DNA from: Eledone cirrhosa
Taxonomy: Eukaryota
Direction: 5' to 3'
NCBI GenBank assembly: GCA_964016885.1
Contig: OZ024752.1
Location: 40,920,001 to 40,984,000, forward strand
DNA length: 64,000 nucleotides
This document shows, one piece after another, positions 13,874 to 30,305 of the stretch. The stretch's first letter is position 1. Each line of letters starts with the position of its first letter. The notes under the pieces were generated by a model. That model was given only the letters and a program-made list of their open reading frames with translations. It did not search any database and was not told where the DNA came from. The translations under genes were made by a program, and so were the position numbers.

Positions 13874-14193
13874 CACACATATATATATAGTGTATATATA
13901 TATATATATATTTATATGATATATAAAATATATGTATATATATATATATATATATATACATATATACATACGCACACACCACACACACACACCACACACA
14001 CACACACACACACACCACACACACACACACACCACACACTAACACACACACATATATATATATATATATGTGTGTGTATATATATAAATATATGTATATA
14101 TATATAATATACATATATACATACGCACGCACACACACACACCACACACACACACACACACCACACACACACACACACACCACACACACACAG

Positions 14194-14227
<34 letters not shown>

Positions 14228-14853
14228 CTATATACTATATATACTATATATATATCATAATGCTAGTTAGTCCAGTGGGACGGAACCAACAAAGTACGGT
14301 AGGATCTGAATTCAAATATATTATCCTTCATAAATCCTTATCGGATACTGGAATATGTGCAAAGAATAGTAATCTAGTCTATAGGAATAATACGACTTCA
14401 GATCTTTGAAACGTGGCTCAACATTCTGAATTGTAACATGGCGCATAAATAGAAGATTTGCGTTCTTAAGCTTCTGAAATAATGTAAATTATACGGTAAA
14501 TATGAACGATCTATATTGTATATCATAATAGCAAGGGTTTGTATTCATAGGACTTACTTGTATAGCTATATGCACTCATGTATGTATGCATGTATGTATG
14601 TATCTATGTATGTATGTATGTATGTATGTATGTATGTATGTATGTATGTATGTATGTATGTGTGTATGTGTGTATGTATGTGTGTATGTGTGTATGTATG
14701 TATGTATGTATGTGTGTATGTGTGTATGTATGTAATGTATGTATGTATGTATGTATGTATGTATGTATGTATGTATGCATGTATGTATGCATGTATGTAT
14801 GTATGCATGTATGTATGTATGTATGTATGTATGTATGTATGTATGTATGTATG

Positions 14854-15247
14854 TTTTCTCTTTCTCTTAATTTTGAGTATATTTTTTGACCGGGCCACCT
14901 TCCTGGTGGCAAGGGTTGTAAAAGAAAAGAAATTGTCATCCCTTGAATCGCAAGAATGTTTTGCAAATTTTGAAGGTGCCAGCTATCGCAGCCATTTGTA
15001 GACTATGAATTAGAGAGCTGCGCTTTTTGTCCGCAAATCCAAGTTCAGTCATACTTTGGTCTAAGCGGGTTGGTATATAACCCGTAGCACCAATAATGAT
15101 GGGTATGAAGCTAAAGGTGTATCTTGGATACTGGATTTGTAAACTCCTCATCAATGGTCCGTAGATGTCCTCCTTCTCCTGTATTTTTCTGACAACGTTT
15201 ACATCAAGTGGGCAGCTGATCTCCACAACAGAACACGTTTTCAATGT
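14854..15247 (-). mobile_element. 5'-truncated R4/Dong-like RLE non-LTR retrotransposon (C-terminal coding 14936-15244) inside (CATA)n
   Basis: CSVVEISCPLD...EKEDIY...FIPIIIGATG...GTFKICKTF is the C-terminus of a restriction-like endonuclease. (TATG)n on both sides. Confidence 0.85.
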
Positions 15248-15356
15248 TATGTATGTATGTATGTATGTATGTATGTATGTATGTATGTATGTATGTATGT
15301 ATGTATGTATGTATGTATGTATGTCACATTCGATCGCAGCACTGTTAGTTGCTATC

Positions 15357-15388
<32 letters not shown>

Positions 15389-15834
15389 GCTTATGTGCGT
15401 GCGTGTGTGTGTATATATATATGAATATGTATATTATCATTGTTGTTGTCGTTATTATTATTATTGCTATTATTATTATTATTATTATTATTGTTATTAA
15501 TGTGTGTGTATATGTGTGTTATTATGTGTGTGTATATGTGTGAGTGTATGTGTATGTATGTGTGTATGTATATATGTATGTATGTATACTATATATATAT
15601 TTATTTTTTTTTTATTTTTTTTTTTTTTATTCTATTTATTATTATTATTATTTTAACTATTATTTTATTTTATTTTATTTTAATTTTTTTTCTTCTCGTG
15701 CAATGGCCATACTCGATAACGAGGGGGCAGCCATCATGTATGTATGTATGTATGTATATGTATACTATGTGTGTTTATATATGTATATATATCTATATCC
15801 ATACCTGCGTTGTTTTGGCTTTACAAATACAAAC

Positions 15835-15897
<63 letters not shown>

Positions 15898-15922
15898 AGT
15901 GTGTGTATGTGTGTGTGTGAGA

Positions 15923-15974
<52 letters not shown>

Positions 15975-15987
15975 CTGTGTGTCGAGA

Positions 15988-16019
<32 letters not shown>

Positions 16020-17821
16020 AAATAAGCAAATAGGACCGCCAAATACATAAATCTGAACGTAGATACATCTAGAACGAAACGCAAAGTAATTATTGCATAT
16101 CCTTATACGCAAATAATACACCCTTGAAACAATATACATACATATATATATATACATATACATATTAATCCTTGGTCTTACTGAATTTTGAATGATATAT
16201 ATATGTGTGTGCGTGAATGAGATAGAGAGAGAGATAGAGAGGGGGTGGGGAGAATACGTGTACACAAAAAATACAGGATTTAAATTGTTCGAGAAATGTT
16301 TATGCAAACGCATGTATCTATATATCTATAAACAATTCTAACAATACATATCAAATGGTAAAAGTCTAAGATATTGTTGTAAATATCTTCAGAAACTGTT
16401 TATATCCCAAACAATAGTGTACACTATCCGGGAGCTTTATTTAAGGGTATGTCAATATTTATTTATAAAACTGATCTATATTATATTTTATCTGATGAAA
16501 GCACACCATAATTTAACTTGGTGTCCTTAAAATATGTATAATGAAATAAATATGGTTTTATAAATATAGTTTCCATTTGTATTATATATATATATAATGT
16601 TGGTACCACCGAAAATATCCAACCCCACACTTTAAAGTCGATGGATGTGAATCCGAAATATATAGGGACAATTAAATCTCTCCCAAGGTAACTCTCTCTC
16701 GTGTTGTTATTTTATTTTATCCTTTATGCTCTTTCCTTCATTCCTCTACACGTCTTATACACGCCACGCATGTCAACGTACACCCACTTACATCTGTCTC
16801 TCCACCACAGGATCTTGTTACCCGGAGATTTACCCCATTTGCATTGTCGAGGCTTCCAAACGACTTAAAGAAATTTACCATATATATATATATATATATA
16901 TATACATATTATAATTTTAATATTATGATCACTTTTGTAATTTTATAATTTTATAATTTTAATATTATAATATTATAATTTTAATATTATGATCACTTTT
17001 GTTTCAAAGCATAGTCTTCATTATCCAAAATCGATAAACATGTATATTTTTTGTATTTAGGAGAAGACTTGGAACCTATCAGAAAAATCCCAAATATTTT
17101 ACCCCACGGGGAAATAATATCACTTTGTGTAACTGATTGGATTACTTTTAAAATCGATTTTAAAATTGTATATTTATCCTAAAAGGTATCACCATTCTTC
17201 GACTACTGTCGAGATGATGGATCTCACTCTCATGCCCCAGAATTCCCTGTCCCCCATATAGTGTGGTTCCCTGAGGAACAGGAACCCCCGGTGCAGTCAG
17301 TTGCAAAATCCATCATCTTTTCAAATAGCTAATAATATGTATGGGCGCCATTACTACACACAGGTATACTTAACATTATATTTTTAGATTATAGATATAT
17401 TGTTAACCACGTGCTTGGAGTGTGCTGTTGCTACATTTTATGAATGTGAATAGAAATCTGCACATGAGTGGCTGTGATGTATCCAAGTGCATACGGTGTA
17501 TGCACATATCCATATGTATATAATCACTATATATATTTGTGTGTGTGTGTATGCGCATATGCATGTGTGTACATATAAATATATATGTGTGTGGGTTTGC
17601 GCATATGGCAGTATATATATACATATATATATATTGTGTATGTCTAAGCGCCTATGCATATGGTATATATAGTATATATATATAGTATATATATAGATAT
17701 ATATAGATATATATATTATATATAAATATATATATAATATTTATATATATGCATACATACATATATTGATATATTTATATTTATATTTATATTTATATAC
17801 TATACATACAAACTACACATA

Positions 17822-17885
<64 letters not shown>

Positions 17886-18088
17886 ATACTTTGGGAGGGT
17901 CATGTTGCCAATAAGAAACACACGCACCATTTGCTTTCACTTCAATTTATTATATATTTATAAATTTCTGGTTGGTTGGTTGGATCCACAACCAGATGAT
18001 TGTTTATATATAGTCATAGTCCTTTCGTCACACACTCTGTGACCCTCTTCCTTCAGTGACTGGGGATTGCTAAACAAATTCAGAAACG

Positions 18089-18154
<66 letters not shown>

Positions 18155-18349
18155 CGAAGGAAATGGGGTACCGAACCAGATGGACCATAACGCACCAAAG
18201 TACTCAATACTTAGGGTAGTAGAGTGGGTAATAGGAACGAGTAGGACCCCGACGGCTGAGCTCAAGCCATTTCGACGGCTAATTCTGGACTCATGCGTCC
18301 AGAATTAGCCGTCGAAACGGCTTGAGCTCAGCCGTCGGGGTCCCACTCG

Positions 18350-18396
<47 letters not shown>

Positions 18397-18436
18397 GATA
18401 TTAAATAAATGGAAACTATATTTATAAAACCATATT

Positions 18437-18502
18437 TATTTCATTATATATATTTCAGGGATATCATATTAACAATATGTTATGCCTTCTTCAGACAAAA
18501 TA
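18437..18502 (-). ncRNA. Hammerhead ribozyme (copy-B equivalent of 2709-2774)
   Basis: Same CTGAAGA...GAAA tatata TA core and stems. Confidence 0.75.
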
Positions 18503-18801
18503 CAATATAGACAGTTTTATAGATAAATAGATTTGACATACCGTTCAACATCGACTTGTATTTGAAAAATGTATATATAGTTAGATAGATATATTTTTTT
18601 ATTTACCATAAAGGCATAAAAGAAGGGACAAATACAAAGGGGGAGTTTACATAAAACCGAGTAAAAAGGGTATAAAATGAAAATAATCGAAAACAACCTC
18701 AAAAGGGAGGGGACGGGATGGGGGTTGCACACACCCCGGAAAAAGTGTACAATCCTTTGCCCGGGGAGCACATGGAGAAGGTGCTCCCCTGTATATATAG
18801 T

Positions 18802-18862
<61 letters not shown>

Positions 18863-19109
18863 GCGTGTGTATGAGAGCATGTGTGTGCATGATTCGTGCA
18901 TGTGCACGCGTGCGTGCTGCTTATGAGTGTGCGCATAGATAGCTGCGTATAATATTTAGCTGAATACAGATCGAATAAATATAGTCAGTGAAAAGGGCCA
19001 GCTGACGCGAGGGAAGTTTATTTAAGCAGATATCTAAATTCTGCGGCTGCAATGGCGGAGCGCGCGGGTCAGACTTCAGGATTATTCGCTTTCTACTTGT
19101 CACCAGAAT

Positions 19110-19142
<33 letters not shown>

Positions 19143-19471
19143 GTTTGTGTGTGTGTGTGGGTGAGGGGGGTGGGGGGGGGGGTGCACGTATACATATATG
19201 TATATTGTATGTGTGTATATATATGTGTGTGTGTATATATACATATATATGTGTGTGTGTGTGTATATACATATATGTGTGTGTGTATGTGTGTATGTAT
19301 ATGTATATAAATACATATAAATATAATTTATATATATATATATATGTTTGTGTGTGTGGGGGGAAGGGGGGTACACGTATACATATATGTATATGTATAT
19401 ATATATATATATGTTTGTGTGTGTGTGTGGGTGAGTGAAGGGGCGGGGGTGTGGGGGGGGTGCACGTATAC

Positions 19472-19503
<32 letters not shown>

Positions 19504-20632
19504 GTATCTGTGTATATATATGTGTGTGTGTATATATACATATATATGTGTGTGTGTGTGTATATACATATATATGTTTGTGTGTGTGTGTATGTATATA
19601 TAAATACATATAAATATAATTGATATATATATATATATGTTTGTGTGTGTGTGGGGGGAAGGGGGTACACGTATACATATATGTATATGTATATATATAT
19701 ATATGTATCTGTGTATATATATGTGTGTGTGTATATATACATATATATGTGTGTGTGTATATATACATATATGTGTGTGTGTGTGTGTGTATATGTATAT
19801 ATAAATACATATAAATATAATTTATATATATATATATATATGTTTGTGTGTGTGTGTCTATATATATATACATATATGTGTGTGTATGTGTATATATACA
19901 TATATGTGTGTGTATGTATGTATATATAAATACATATAAATATAATTTATATATATATATGTTTGTGTGTGTGTTTGTGTGTGAGCGGGTGTGTGTGCAC
20001 GTATACATATATGTATATGTATATATGTATGTGTGTATATATATGTGTGTGTGTATATATACATATATGTGTGTGTGTGTGTGTATATACATATATGTGT
20101 GTGTGTGTGTGTATATATATATAAATACATATAAATATAATTTATATATATATATGTTTGTGTGTGTAGGGGGGAGGGGGGTACACGTATACATATATGT
20201 ATATGTATATATATATATATGTATGTGTGTATATATATGTGTGTGTGTATATATACATATATGTGTGTGTGTGTGTATATATACATATATGTTTGTGTGT
20301 GTGTGTGTATGTATGTATGTATATATAAATACATATAAATATAATTATATATATACATATATGTGTGTGTGTGTGTATATATACATATGTGTGTGTGTGT
20401 GTGTATGTATGTATATATAAATACATATAGATATAATTTATATATATATATATGTGTTTGTGTGTGTGTGTGCGGGTGTGTGTGTGCACGTATACATATA
20501 TGTATATGCATATATATATGTATATATATGTGTGTGTGTATATATATATATACATATATATGTGTGTGTGTGTATATATACATATATGTGTATGTGTGTG
20601 TGAGTATGTATATATAAATACATATAAATATA

Positions 20633-20687
<55 letters not shown>

Positions 20688-20750
20688 TATTTATATATTA
20701 CAGATCGAAACTGACTCTGCATTCGCAAAGTCGACAGATATGTTTTGCGG

Positions 20751-20781
<31 letters not shown>

Positions 20782-20985
20782 TATATACATATACATATAC
20801 AAATATATATATAATATATATCTTAGATGTGATAAAAACTACAGACCCTCCATCTCAACTCTACTTTTGAAAAGCAGAAGAACTGCGAAACCGGTAAAGA
20901 AACCAAATAAATATATATATTTTTTTAAAAATAAAACTCCAGTTGCATTTTCGATTTCATCTTTTTATATATATATATATATATA

Positions 20986-21230
20986 GTTAAAAGAATAGAG
21001 GTGTAACACACAAGTTATTATATATTGGTAAACGGAATAGAAAATGCTGACAAATTGTTCACAGTTGAAAAATGGTTTAATTAGGAATAAAAGAGTATTA
21101 GTGATTGTATGGGTTAGTATTCAGTTGTGGTTAACTGAATACTAACCCATACAATCACTAATACTCTTTTATTCCTAATTAAACCATTTTTCAACTGTGA
21201 ACAATTTGTCAGCATTTTCTATTCCGTTTA

Positions 21231-21240
<10 letters not shown>
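20986..21240. mobile_element. Fold-back insertion in (TA)n with 108-bp perfect arms; absent from copy A
   Basis: Arms 21019-21126 and 21133-21240, spacer gtggtt, 33-bp unpaired extension. The equivalent site in copy A (~5036-5115) is uninterrupted (TA)n. Confidence 0.85.
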
Positions 21241-21295
<55 letters not shown>

Positions 21296-21543
21296 GTGTA
21301 TATATATAATATATAAGATAAAAAGATGGTTAAAAGAGTTCCATGTATTTTATTATGCGCATTTCAAAAACAAATATCATCATGCATATAGACATGATAT
21401 GAAGGTTAAAATACACTTGTGAATAGTGCAGTTTTAAATCAACATATAATTATATATTATTTATACTCCAGTCCTACAAACTGTAGAGTGCTTCTTATCC
21501 GATATCTGCATTGCTTTATTGTAGTACAATAAAACTCACCTCC

Positions 21544-21665
<122 letters not shown>

Positions 21666-21785
21666 TATATACATATATATGTATATACATACAGAGTTTG
21701 CAACCGTAAAGTTATTTATCTACATATGATGTTAAGAACAGCTCTTCTAGTTACATAATGAAAGTGAAGGAGATGAACATTTTCC

Positions 21786-21853
<68 letters not shown>

Positions 21854-22056
21854 AACGGGTAGGACCCCGACGGCTGATCTCAAGCCGTTTCGACGGTTAA
21901 TTCTGGACTCAGACTTCTGAGTCCAGAATTAGCCGTCGAAACGGCTTGAGCTCAGCCGTCGGGGTCCTACCCGTTCCTATTACCCACTCTACTACCCTAA
22001 GTATTGAGTACTTTGGTGCTTTATGGTCCACCTGGTTCCTTACCACATTTCCTTTG

Positions 22057-22092
<36 letters not shown>

Positions 22093-22220
22093 AATAGAAG
22101 AAACGAAATTTCATTTCTCACTCTTAGTATGGCAGTTACTTCTTAAATGTACATAGATACATATTTACATTTATATATATATATATACGTATACGTATAT
22201 ATATACATATATATATATAC

Positions 22221-22256
<36 letters not shown>

Positions 22257-22357
22257 GTATATATATATATATATATACGTATATATATATACGTATATAT
22301 ATATATATATACGTATATATATATATATATATACGTATATATATATATATATATACG

Positions 22358-22393
<36 letters not shown>

Positions 22394-22661
22394 CGTATAT
22401 ATATTATATGATATATACGTATATATACAGAGAGAGAGAGCGAGAGAGAGAGAGCGTGAGGGGTGATAAATAGCTAGGCATGATTCTATAAAAGCAGTCG
22501 ATATAAATGCGCCATAATGACACATTGAGACAGTGGCCCGTGTGAAAACCTTGTTTCAAATTTATATTATTTTATACTTAATTGTAAATACCAAGTTACA
22601 CGTCTACCGTCTTACTGGAAGGACAGGTGTTGGTGGTGGTGTTGGTGGCGGTGTTGTGTGG

Positions 22662-22692
<31 letters not shown>

Positions 22693-23617
22693 GATGCTGG
22701 TGGTGGTGGTGGTGGTTGAGGTGATGGTGGTAGTGGTAGTGGTGGTGGGCCGGGGTGGGGGAGGGCGGTAGGCGTTTGGAGGTGGTGGTTGTCGTCATCG
22801 TGGTGGTTTTGGTGGTGGTTGTCGTCGTCGTGGTGGTTTTGGTGGTGGCGTTGGTGGTGGTGGTATTGGTGGTAGTGGTGGTGGTGGTTGAGGTGATGGT
22901 TGTAGTGGTAGTGGTGGTGGTGGGGAGGGCGGTAGGTGTTTAGAGGTGGTGGTTGTCGTCGTCGTGGTGGTTTTGGTGGTGGCGTTGGTGGCGGTGGTGG
23001 TGGTAGTAGTGGTGGTGGTGGTTGAGGTGAGGTGGTAGTGGTAGTGGTGGTGGGTGTGGGGGATGGCGTTAGGGGGTTTGGAGGTGGTGGTTGTCGTCGT
23101 CGTGGTGGTTTTGGTGGTGGCGGTGGTGGTGGTAGTAGTGGTGGTGGTGGTGGTTGAGGTGAGGTGGTAGTGGTAGTGGTAGTGGTGGTGGTGTGGGTGG
23201 GGGAGGGCGGTAGGGGGTTTGGAGGTGGTGGTTGTCGTCGTCGTGGTAGTGTGTGGTGGTAGTGGCAGTGGTGGTGGAGTGGGGTGGTGGTGGGGGATGG
23301 GGGAGGGCGGTAGGGGTTTGGAGGTGGTGGTTGTCGTCGTCGTCGTGGTGTGTGGGTGGTGGCGCTGGTGGTGGTGGTAGCGGTGGTGGTGGTGGTGGTG
23401 GTGGTGGCGGTTGAGGTGATGGTGGTTGTGGTAGTGGTGGTGGTTGGATGTGGTGGTGGTGGTGATGGTGGAGGGAGTAAGGCTCGTTCAATTGAATATT
23501 CATGTGTCCTTAATTGCTTTTAATCCCTTCACCTTCTGATCTCAATCTAATTTATAACAAGGAGGACCTATATTACAAATGCATATATACATGCATAGGA
23601 ATACGTTCAAGCATTTA

Positions 23618-23664
<47 letters not shown>

Positions 23665-23736
23665 ATGTATATATACACATGTATATATGTATATATATAC
23701 ACAAGTATATATATATGTGTGTATATATATGTATAC

Positions 23737-23775
<39 letters not shown>

Positions 23776-24622
23776 TATATACATGTATATATGTATATAT
23801 ATATACAAATATATATATGTGTGTAAATATATATACACACACATACACACATACACACATACACACACATATATATATATATATGCAAGCACTTTGACGT
23901 ACACTTACAAACTCTTGAGCACTTACACGGTTTTACATAAAACATACACACTTCCACACAGAATGGAAACTGTAGACAAATTCATTGTCAATATAGAGAA
24001 GCAATAGTACATATTTCTACACTGACAGTGACACGTGGACCCAATATAATAGATTGTTAATATATTACTTGTTTTGTTGATGTCAAGCAAAGAACGTTAG
24101 TCTGTCCCGTCTGTCCATTTTGTCCCCTTTCTCTGCAAGTGATCATCTTGAAGAGTTCGGAAAGACAAACAAAGTTTTTAGCACCGATAGAAATAAACCG
24201 ACAATTAATTCGCAGACACAAAGATTAATTTCTTTGCTGTAACTGTTTTTCTAGTTCCTTCGTGATGGAGCGTATAGATGACATTCATTAAACGAAGCTC
24301 GCTGATATTTTCCTGTAATCCCTAGGATTTTACAATTCAATAAAACTGATATGACATCAATAAATTAGAAACACGGTTTGTTGATGTGAATAGGTGTGGG
24401 TGATCTACTGATTCTTGGGCGACGGCGGTTGGAGGCGACAAAAACGTAGCAAGATTTAGAAAGGTGCAGTATGTTATGGTGTGTTACAACTGATTTTATT
24501 GTTTTTCTATGGCTGTTTATTGTCTGGGGTTGCAGTTGTAAGATTTTTTTTCCCTGGCTCATAGATGTGTGAGTGTGTATTTACGTGTTATTTTAATACT
24601 ATATAAATCAAACCTTGAGTAT

Positions 24623-24736
<114 letters not shown>

Positions 24737-26015
24737 AGGTCTCTGTGGATGTAGTATGTTTGCATGTGTATATGTGTATTAAGTGCACGAAAGGCAATAT
24801 AAATGAACAAAAAATGTCAATTTCCCCGCAGCAAGATGGCCGTCTTTATTTGTAATATACGCCACTCGTTACAAATGGCCGCACGCTGACATGCTTCATA
24901 TACATTTGTCAGTCGAAATGAAATAATTTTAAAAAATGTTTAGCCTGGCAACTGTATTAGAAAAAAATAAGACTTTCTACTATTGGCACAGGGCCAGCAA
25001 TTATACCAGTACATTACTGGTACTTTATTTTATCGATTCCACATTACTGGTGCTTTATTTTATCGAAATTTGGCAGATTCTACATTATTGGTGCTTTATT
25101 TATCGACTCAGTAGGGATGAAAAGCAAAGTTAACCTCGGTGGGATTTGAACTCAGACTGTAAAGAGGCATAACTCTATGCTGTATTTTCAGCTGAGTATT
25201 CTGGAGCGACGGGAAATGAAAGTGTTTTGCTCAAGAACAAAACACACAATCTAATCCAGGAATCGAACCCACGACATTATGATCGTTAGTCAAACACACA
25301 TATCATTAGGCCAGGCACTTCCGATGTATTCTTAACAACCTATATCTTCTTAACACAGTTGAATGATATTTGAGGGAAATTTGGTAGATTCCACAGCTGT
25401 AGCATCATTCCTTCATAGCCAGCAGAGTAGAATGATATTTGAGGGAAATTCGGCAGATTCCACAGCTCTAGCATCACTCCTTATAGCCAGCAGAGTAGAA
25501 TGATATTTGAGGGAAATTTGGTAGATTCCACAGCTGTAGCATCATTCCTTCATAGCCAGCAGAGTAGAATAATATTTGAGGGAAATTTGGCAGATTCCAC
25601 AGCTCTAGCATCACTCCTTATAGCCAGCAGAGTAGAATGATATTTGAGGGAAATTTGGTAGATTCCACAGCTGTAGCATCATTCCTTCATAGCCAGCAGA
25701 GTAGAATGATATTTGAGGGAAATTCGGCAGATTCCATAGCTCTAGCATCACTCCTTATAGTCAGCCTATGGACGTTTCAGCCTAACCTCGTATAGAAATC
25801 GAGCGCTTTGTGGATGGCTACAAATGTCTAATGTCTCGACAAGATTGATGTCTTTATTAACAGAACAAAACCCATAATTTTTCTTTGTTTGTTTGCTTTG
25901 CCTCATATATAAAGTTGGCAGAAAACTAAAACACATAGATACGGATACATACACACACACATATACACACTTTCATATATATATATATGTAAATATATAT
26001 ATATATATGTATGTA

Positions 26016-26053
<38 letters not shown>

Positions 26054-26060
26054 AACACAC

Positions 26061-26131
<71 letters not shown>

Positions 26132-26138
26132 CATACAT

Positions 26139-26195
<57 letters not shown>

Positions 26196-26252
26196 CACAT
26201 ACATAGAAACACACATGCTCACAAATATATATATATAATATATATATATACA

Positions 26253-26295
<43 letters not shown>

Positions 26296-26560
26296 AATAC
26301 ATACACATACATATATAAATACATACACATGTATACACACATTATATGTAGAATCCTTCGATGCATAATAAAAGTTAGACACGGATTTCTCTATTCACAC
26401 CATAATTTAATAAAACAAATCATTTCTGCAAATCATTGTTTACTCAGGCGCGTACACACACACACACATACATAGACAGATGCATGTACACAGACACACA
26501 CATACTCTCACAAACACGCACATGGAGAGAGTGAGAGAGAGAGAGAAAGAAAGAGATAGA

Positions 26561-26595
<35 letters not shown>

Positions 26596-26725
26596 GTAGA
26601 GAGAGAGAGAGAGAAATACATAATTCTTGTATTTATTGACTATTATGACACAGTTATTAAAATTTTGTTTACAATACGAAACGCTGTTTCGTATACGGAT
26701 TCAAAAACTACCCAATCATTTTAAA

Positions 26726-26828
<103 letters not shown>

Positions 26829-26867
26829 ATATAAGTATATATATAAATACATATATATATATATACT

Positions 26868-26903
<36 letters not shown>

Positions 26904-26934
26904 AATATATATGTGTGTGTGTGTGTACATATAA

Positions 26935-27086
<152 letters not shown>

Positions 27087-27222
27087 TGTAAATTGAAAGA
27101 AAGAGGTGAAAGATGGAGAAAGTGAAATTATAAGGAATAAGGTATTCAAAAAGGAAAGATGGTTGAGCAACATACATAGATAGATAGATAATAGATAGAT
27201 AGAGAGAAAGAGAGAGAGAGAA

Positions 27223-27278
<56 letters not shown>

Positions 27279-27858
27279 TAAGACAGAGACAGACAGAGAA
27301 AGAGTAGAAGAGAGAGAGAGTGAGAGAAACGGACAGAAGATGAAGGGATAGGCAGAAGGCGTAAGAGGCAGAATGTTAGCAGAAAATGTATCTTAATCAG
27401 CGTATGGTTCTCTTCATTTGAAAGTAAACTGTTGGTTTTTCCCATCGATCATAGAAAGTTCTGCACAATGTTTTCTGTAATATAGGTATCGAAATATTAA
27501 CGACAGGTCAAGATCGAGGAAAGATCAGCAGCAAATTGAGTAAAGATGGCGCTAACATATGTAAGAAATATCTGATAGTTGCTAACTTCATTTCATATAT
27601 TTGTAGGTTTATTGGTTTGTTGGTTTATTGGTTTGTTGGTTTATTGGTTTGTTGGTTTATTGGTTTGCTGGTTTATTGGTTTGCTGGTTTGTTGGTTTGT
27701 AGGTTTCTTCCGGTGTTTATATTGAGATTGATTCCCTCTAAGTGTGTAGTTTTACATCATTGTAAGATGTTAGATTGTTTGTTCTTGAAGATTTGATTTA
27801 AATTTGCAAATCAATGACACAGGTGGACATACATAATTGTAAACATGCATACGCACAC

Positions 27859-27965
<107 letters not shown>

Positions 27966-28228
27966 TATATATATATATATATATATATAGTAATAATAGT
28001 AATAATAGTAAATGTGAAGACTAAAACCCGAAAAGGGCTCGATAAGGATAAATATATATCAAATATATAAAAACCATAGGGCAAATATTTCTTCGGTTGC
28101 AACGTTTTTCAAAATATTTACTTCTGTGTTCACAGATTGATTTTTTTCAGTTTCAGAAGATCCCGCTAAGGGTGAAAGCAGAGATTCTTTGCTTAAATTT
28201 TAATCGTTTATTTTAATATATATATAAA

Positions 28229-28323
<95 letters not shown>

Positions 28324-28326
<3 letters not shown>

Positions 28327-28682
28327 TTCTTTATTAGCCACAAGGGCACAAAAGAAGGGGACAGATACAAATGGGGAGTTTACATACAGGTATATGAAAA
28401 TAAAACTATTAATAAAATAACAAATAACAATTGAAATCCCCAATAGGGGGCGGGGCGTTACACAGGGGTTGTACACACCCCGAAAAATGTACAACCCTCA
28501 TCTCCAGGAGCATCAAGAGTGAGTACTCTATTCCTCTCTTCCTCTTTTTCCTCAACCTACAGGCTTATATAGAGAGAAGGCTCAACCACTCGGGCCACCT
28601 TTGCCACATTCACACACCTTTCATAAAATTTGCTGGGGTACAGCACCTCTCTCTCCATCCTGATTCTTCTTCCAAAATATTT
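28324..28682 (-). mobile_element. Tx1/L1-like LINE 3' end (ORF2 C-terminal remnant plus 3' UTR); copy A at 12140-12348 is cut by the gap
   Basis: Minus frame KYFGRRIRMEREVLYPSKFYERCVNVAKVARV resembles Tx1-type ORF2 termini (recognised by eye). AATAAA then (TC)n; the other flank is (GATA)n. Confidence 0.6.
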
Positions 28683-28800
28683 GAGATAGATAGATATATG
28701 GATAGATAGATACATACATACATACATAAATATATACATACATATATATTGCTATATTTAGGGTGAGTCATATCGTTATAATATTGCCAGAAATATATAC

Positions 28801-28877
<77 letters not shown>

Positions 28878-29193
28878 AGTGCGTGTATATATATATATAT
28901 ATATATAAAATTTTATTTCTGTATTATGTATTGCATTGTATTGTATATTATATTATAATTTTTATATCTTATTTCTCACATTATATTACTATGTTGTATT
29001 TCGAGTATTAGACTTATATTGTACTTTTAACGTGGCTATTTTAATGTTTGCTTGCTCTCTTGCCCTATAGTTTTTATATACCAATGCACCCTATTAGGTT
29101 TAACACGTCTTTCCATGATAATTTTCCGTAATATACTTCTCTATTCTTTTGAATTTTGGCTTGTTCTAGCCGATGATATCTTTTGTCTTTTCC

Positions 29194-29238
29194 TTGCTCT
29201 GATGAGTCCTGATTACTGGGACGAAACATTGTCAGCAA
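29194..29238 (+). ncRNA. Canonical minimal type-I hammerhead ribozyme within a (TA)n-flanked island (28908-29385)
   Basis: ttgct CTGATGA gtcc tgattactg ggac GAAA c att g TC agcaa. All core nucleotides present, G10.1-C11.1 pair, GUC triplet, AATAAA directly after. Confidence 0.85.
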
Positions 29239-29382
29239 ATAAAGATTATTAATGTATTAAAGGCTTCTTTGTTAATATATTAAATTTTTCGGCTCTGTTT
29301 GATAACATTGAGCTATCTCTTATACTGTCATTTCTCTAATACGACGAGTGTGTTTGACTCTAATGCACTCAATTATTTTTAT

Positions 29383-29468
<86 letters not shown>

Positions 29469-29671
29469 CACATATATATATACATATAATATATAAGATC
29501 AAAAGATGGTTAAAAGAGTTCCATCTTTTGATCTTATATATTATATATTATTTATACTCCAGTCCTACAAACTGTAGAGTGCTACTTATCCGATATCTGC
29601 ATTGCTTTATTGTACTACAATAAAACTCACCTCCTACATATATATACATATATATATATAAAATAAATATA

Positions 29672-29709
<38 letters not shown>

Positions 29710-29719
29710 CATATATATT

Positions 29720-29767
<48 letters not shown>

Positions 29768-29806
29768 TACATATATATATATGATCATCATCAGCACCAC
29801 CACCAT

Positions 29807-29838
<32 letters not shown>

Positions 29839-30305
29839 CCACCACCATCATCATCATCAACATCATGATGGCGACAGTGGTGGTGGTATGATTTTATGAT
29901 TTTATGATTTTATGATTTTATGATTTTATTTTACTTTTCCAAACCGATGCTAGTGAACCACGTGACCACAAATGTCCGTGATGGCGACAATGGGAAATCA
30001 CCAGCTGATTATTTAGCCGTTGGCAGAGTACGTATCGCTTTCATAACATTTTGAGCGGCCAAACGTCCGCCATTTGCTTGTTTCCTTTGTGCTGTTAAAA
30101 TGTTATTTTGCTACATCGATTTCTACCCCTCTTTAGAGCACGTTTCCTGTTATTGACATAGGTCTATTCCTCGATACTTCCTCATCGCTTCGTGCTCTGT
30201 CTTTTAACACATTCTTTCTCTTTCCTCTTTTCTCTTCTCACTACAATACGCCATTTTTCTTTTGCATATACTCGCTCTTTCTCCTTATATCCTATTTTGC
30301 CCTAT

